Positions 8,759 through 10,490 of a stretch of DNA of 10,490 bases are shown one piece after another; within the stretch, counting starts at the first letter, position 1, and every line of letters begins with the position of its first letter. The notes beneath the pieces were generated by a model. That model saw only the letters and a program-made list of their open reading frames with translations. It made no database searches and was not told the DNA's origin. This DNA is from Candidatus Methylomirabilia bacterium (lineage in GTDB: Bacteria > Methylomirabilota > Methylomirabilia > Rokubacteriales > CSP1-6), in assembly GCA_041492755.1 (NCBI GenBank), contig JBGPXN010000162.1, positions 1 through 10,490 on the forward strand, read 5' to 3'. Made by a program: the position numbers and the translations under genes.

Positions 8759-8789
8759 TGTCTCACCCTGCGGGACTGGCGCCCCATCG
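8759..8789. promoter_or_regulatory. Candidate upstream activator sequence for the aldolase promoter
   Basis: Half-sites begin at 8759 (TGTCTCAC), 8770 (GCGGGACT) and 8780 (CGCCCCAT). The reverse complement of 8770-8787 matches 3546-3563 at 15/18. Confidence 0.5.
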
Positions 8790-9065
8790 CGTGGCCGCAG
8801 TCCGCGACAGCCGGCCACGTGCCCTACTCGTACCGGAGGGCGTGCTTGCGCCGCAATGGCGCGTCCGTCGACGATCACGGCCCGTCGCTCCCTTCACCTC
8901 GCAGAGTCGAGAGTTGCACACCGCAGAAGGCGCAAAGGCCCGGCGGGGCGGCGATGTCTCATGTGGGGCGCCAGGGCACCGGCGGCGGCGCGCATGCCGT
9001 CGACGGTAGCCGGCGCCCGGGGCCGTTTTGGCGGGACATCGCCCCCAGGACGCGAGCGCGATTTT

Positions 9066-9081
9066 TGGCGGACCGTTTGCA
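9066..9081 (+). promoter_or_regulatory. Possible sigma54 promoter for the amino-acid dehydrogenase
   Basis: TGGCGG-ACCGT-TTGCA has exact GG-N10-GC spacing and a consensus -12 box. The -24 box deviates and the start codon is far away. Confidence 0.45.
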
Positions 9082-9294
9082 CCCGCGGCACTTTCGTGAG
9101 GACGAAAGCCGGACGCACGTTGCGCGCGCGACGACGCCCTGCTCGTGCACGGGCCACCGCCGGGCCTCGGCCTGCGGGCCCCCGCACGGCGCCGGAGGGG
9201 CTCGCGCATGCGGCGGTCGCCAAGGAGGTTCACGAAGCGCTCCCCGACGAGCGGGTTCGCCTCGACACGCCGGGGGCGCGAAGGGAGTCCGCGG

Positions 9295-10407
9295 ATGGAG
9301 AACGTCGCTCGTCTGGCTGACGACCTGGGCCCGGCGAAGGTCATCCAGGTCCACGAACCGTCGCTCGGGCTGAGGGGTGTGCTGGTCGTCGACAACGTCG
9401 CATGCGGACCGTCGATCGGCGGGCTCCGCCTGGCGCCCGAAGTCAGCACCGTGGAGTGCTTTCGCCTCGCGCGCGCGATGACGTTGAAGAACGCCGCGGC
9501 GGGCCTGCCGCATGGCGGCGGAAAATCCGTGCTCTACGGCGACCCGCGGATGCCGCGGGAGCGGAAGCAGCAGCTGGTTCGCGCCTTCGCCCACGCGCTG
9601 CGGAACGAGACCGACTACATCTTCGGCCCGGACATGGGAACCGACGAGGGGTGCATGGCGTGGGTCAAGGACGAGATCGGCCGCTCCGTGGGGCTGCCGG
9701 CCGCGCTCGGGGGCATCCCGCTCGACGAGATCGGCGCCACCGGCTGGGGAATCTGGCATGCGGCGGCAGTGGCCGCGCCACGCTGCAAGATCGAGATCGC
9801 CGGGGCGCGCGTCGTGATCCAGGGTTTCGGCGCGGTCGGCAAGCACGCCGCCAGATTCCTGGCCGATCACGGAGCGATCCTGGTCGCCGCCTCTGACTCG
9901 CGGGGAACGATCGCGAACCCGGACGGCCTCAGTGTGGCCGGCCTGATCGGGCTGAGGGACGCCGGAAAGAGCGTCTGCGACTTCGCCGGCGGGCGGGTCC
10001 TCGACCGGGACGCCGCACTCGACGTGGAGTGCGACATCTGGATCCCCGCCGCGCGCCCCGACGTCGTCCGCGAAGACAACGTGCATCGTCTGAGGACCAG
10101 GCTCGTGCTGCAGGGCGCGAACATCCCGTTCACGGCGGGCGCCGAGCAGGCGCTGCACGACCGAGGCGTCCTGGTGGTCCCGGACTTCATCGCGAACGCG
10201 GGCGGCGTGATCTGCGCCGCGATGGAGTATCACGGCGCCACGGCGGCCACCGCCTTCGCGGCGATCGAAGAGAAGATCCGGACGAATACCGAGATGGTGC
10301 TCGAAGCGGCGACGGCGCAGCGTGTTCCGCCACGGCGTGCTGCGCTCGACCTGGCCACCGCGCGCGTCAGGGAAGCGATGAGCTACCGCCGCTTTTCGAT
10401 CTTCTGA
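9295..10407 (+). CDS. Glu/Leu/Phe/Val dehydrogenase family protein, about 370 aa
   Basis: Motifs GGLR, MTLKNA, LPHGGGKS, GPDMGT, GATG.G, IQGFGAVG, IPAA, QGAN and VPDFIANAGGVI. AAGGGAG lies 7 nt before ATG 9295; the in-frame ATG 9208 also has a GGAGG upstream. Confidence 0.92.
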   Translation: MENVARLADDLGPAKVIQVHEPSLGLRGVLVVDNVACGPSIGGLRLAPEVSTVECFRLARAMTLKNAAAGLPHGGGKSVLYGDPRMPRERKQQLVRAFAHALRNETDYIFGPDMGTDEGCMAWVKDEIGRSVGLPAALGGIPLDEIGATGWGIWHAAAVAAPRCKIEIAGARVVIQGFGAVGKHAARFLADHGAILVAASDSRGTIANPDGLSVAGLIGLRDAGKSVCDFAGGRVLDRDAALDVECDIWIPAARPDVVREDNVHRLRTRLVLQGANIPFTAGAEQALHDRGVLVVPDFIANAGGVICAAMEYHGATAATAFAAIEEKIRTNTEMVLEAATAQRVPPRRAALDLATARVREAMSYRRFSIF

Positions 10408-10408
10408 G

Positions 10409-10485
10409 TACATGGGGGGCCCCCAAATGGCCCCCCATAACCCCCATCGCTCGGACGCGCCCCGGGCACCCCCGGGCGCGCCTCG
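10409..10485. repeat. Two-hairpin GC-rich palindromic repeat, copy 2 (1 nt after the dehydrogenase stop)
   Basis: Perfect 10-bp stem ATGGGGGGCC/GGCCCCCCAT (10412-10438), a C-tract, CGCTCGG, and a second stem CGCGCC.CGGG/CCCG-GGCGCG (10456-10480), ending in CCTCG as copy 1 does. Confidence 0.85.
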
Positions 10486-10490
10486 CCCTC

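Noticed and set aside
8594..8878. 95-residue N-terminal extension of the aldolase
   Set aside because: It has no aldolase-like sequence and runs through the sigma54 motif and enhancer region.
8691..9449. ORFs crossing the aldolase-dehydrogenase intergenic region
   Set aside because: They are low-complexity Arg/Ala/Pro/Gly translations in several overlapping frames with no family motifs. The region reads better as regulatory DNA.
662..10413. Long antisense ORFs (662-2032, 1810-3468, 3428-4588, 4658-5878, 6860-8680, 8959-10413)
   Set aside because: They are shadows of real genes caused by stop-codon scarcity in high-GC DNA and carry no recognisable motifs.
10412..10480. Rho-independent terminator after the dehydrogenase
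   Set aside because: The hairpins have no U-tract and belong to the dispersed repeat. A role in RNA stability or termination is not excluded.
597..10485. The two repeats as ends of one composite mobile element, or as a CRISPR array
   Set aside because: No transposase, integrase or cas gene is present and there is no repeat-spacer periodicity. The copies are diverged, and the left one lies inside the pdhA-pdhB operon.

Overview
Very GC-rich bacterial window encoding a compact carbon-catabolism cluster built around two divergent promoter regions. On the minus strand, acetyl-CoA synthetase (acsA), pyruvate/2-oxoacid dehydrogenase E1 alpha and E1 beta (running off the left edge) form one unit. 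It diverges from a PfkB-family sugar-phosphate kinase followed by an atypical RpoD-like sigma70 factor. A second minus-strand unit comprises a 17-codon uORF, a class I fructose-bisphosphate aldolase, a chimeric threonine dehydrogenase/Kbl ORF and a 34-aa membrane microprotein. It diverges from a Glu/Leu/Phe/Val dehydrogenase. Main observations: (1) all four units have a correctly spaced sigma54 -24/-12 motif, and both intergenic regions share a GC-rich candidate enhancer motif; (2) a ~78-bp two-hairpin repeat with compensatory base changes occurs twice, once translated as the last 25 residues of E1 alpha; (3) an in-frame tdh'-'kbl fusion lacks the Kbl catalytic domain; (4) the extra sigma70 has a shortened sigma-finger. 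All calls come from reading the sequence by eye; no searches were run.
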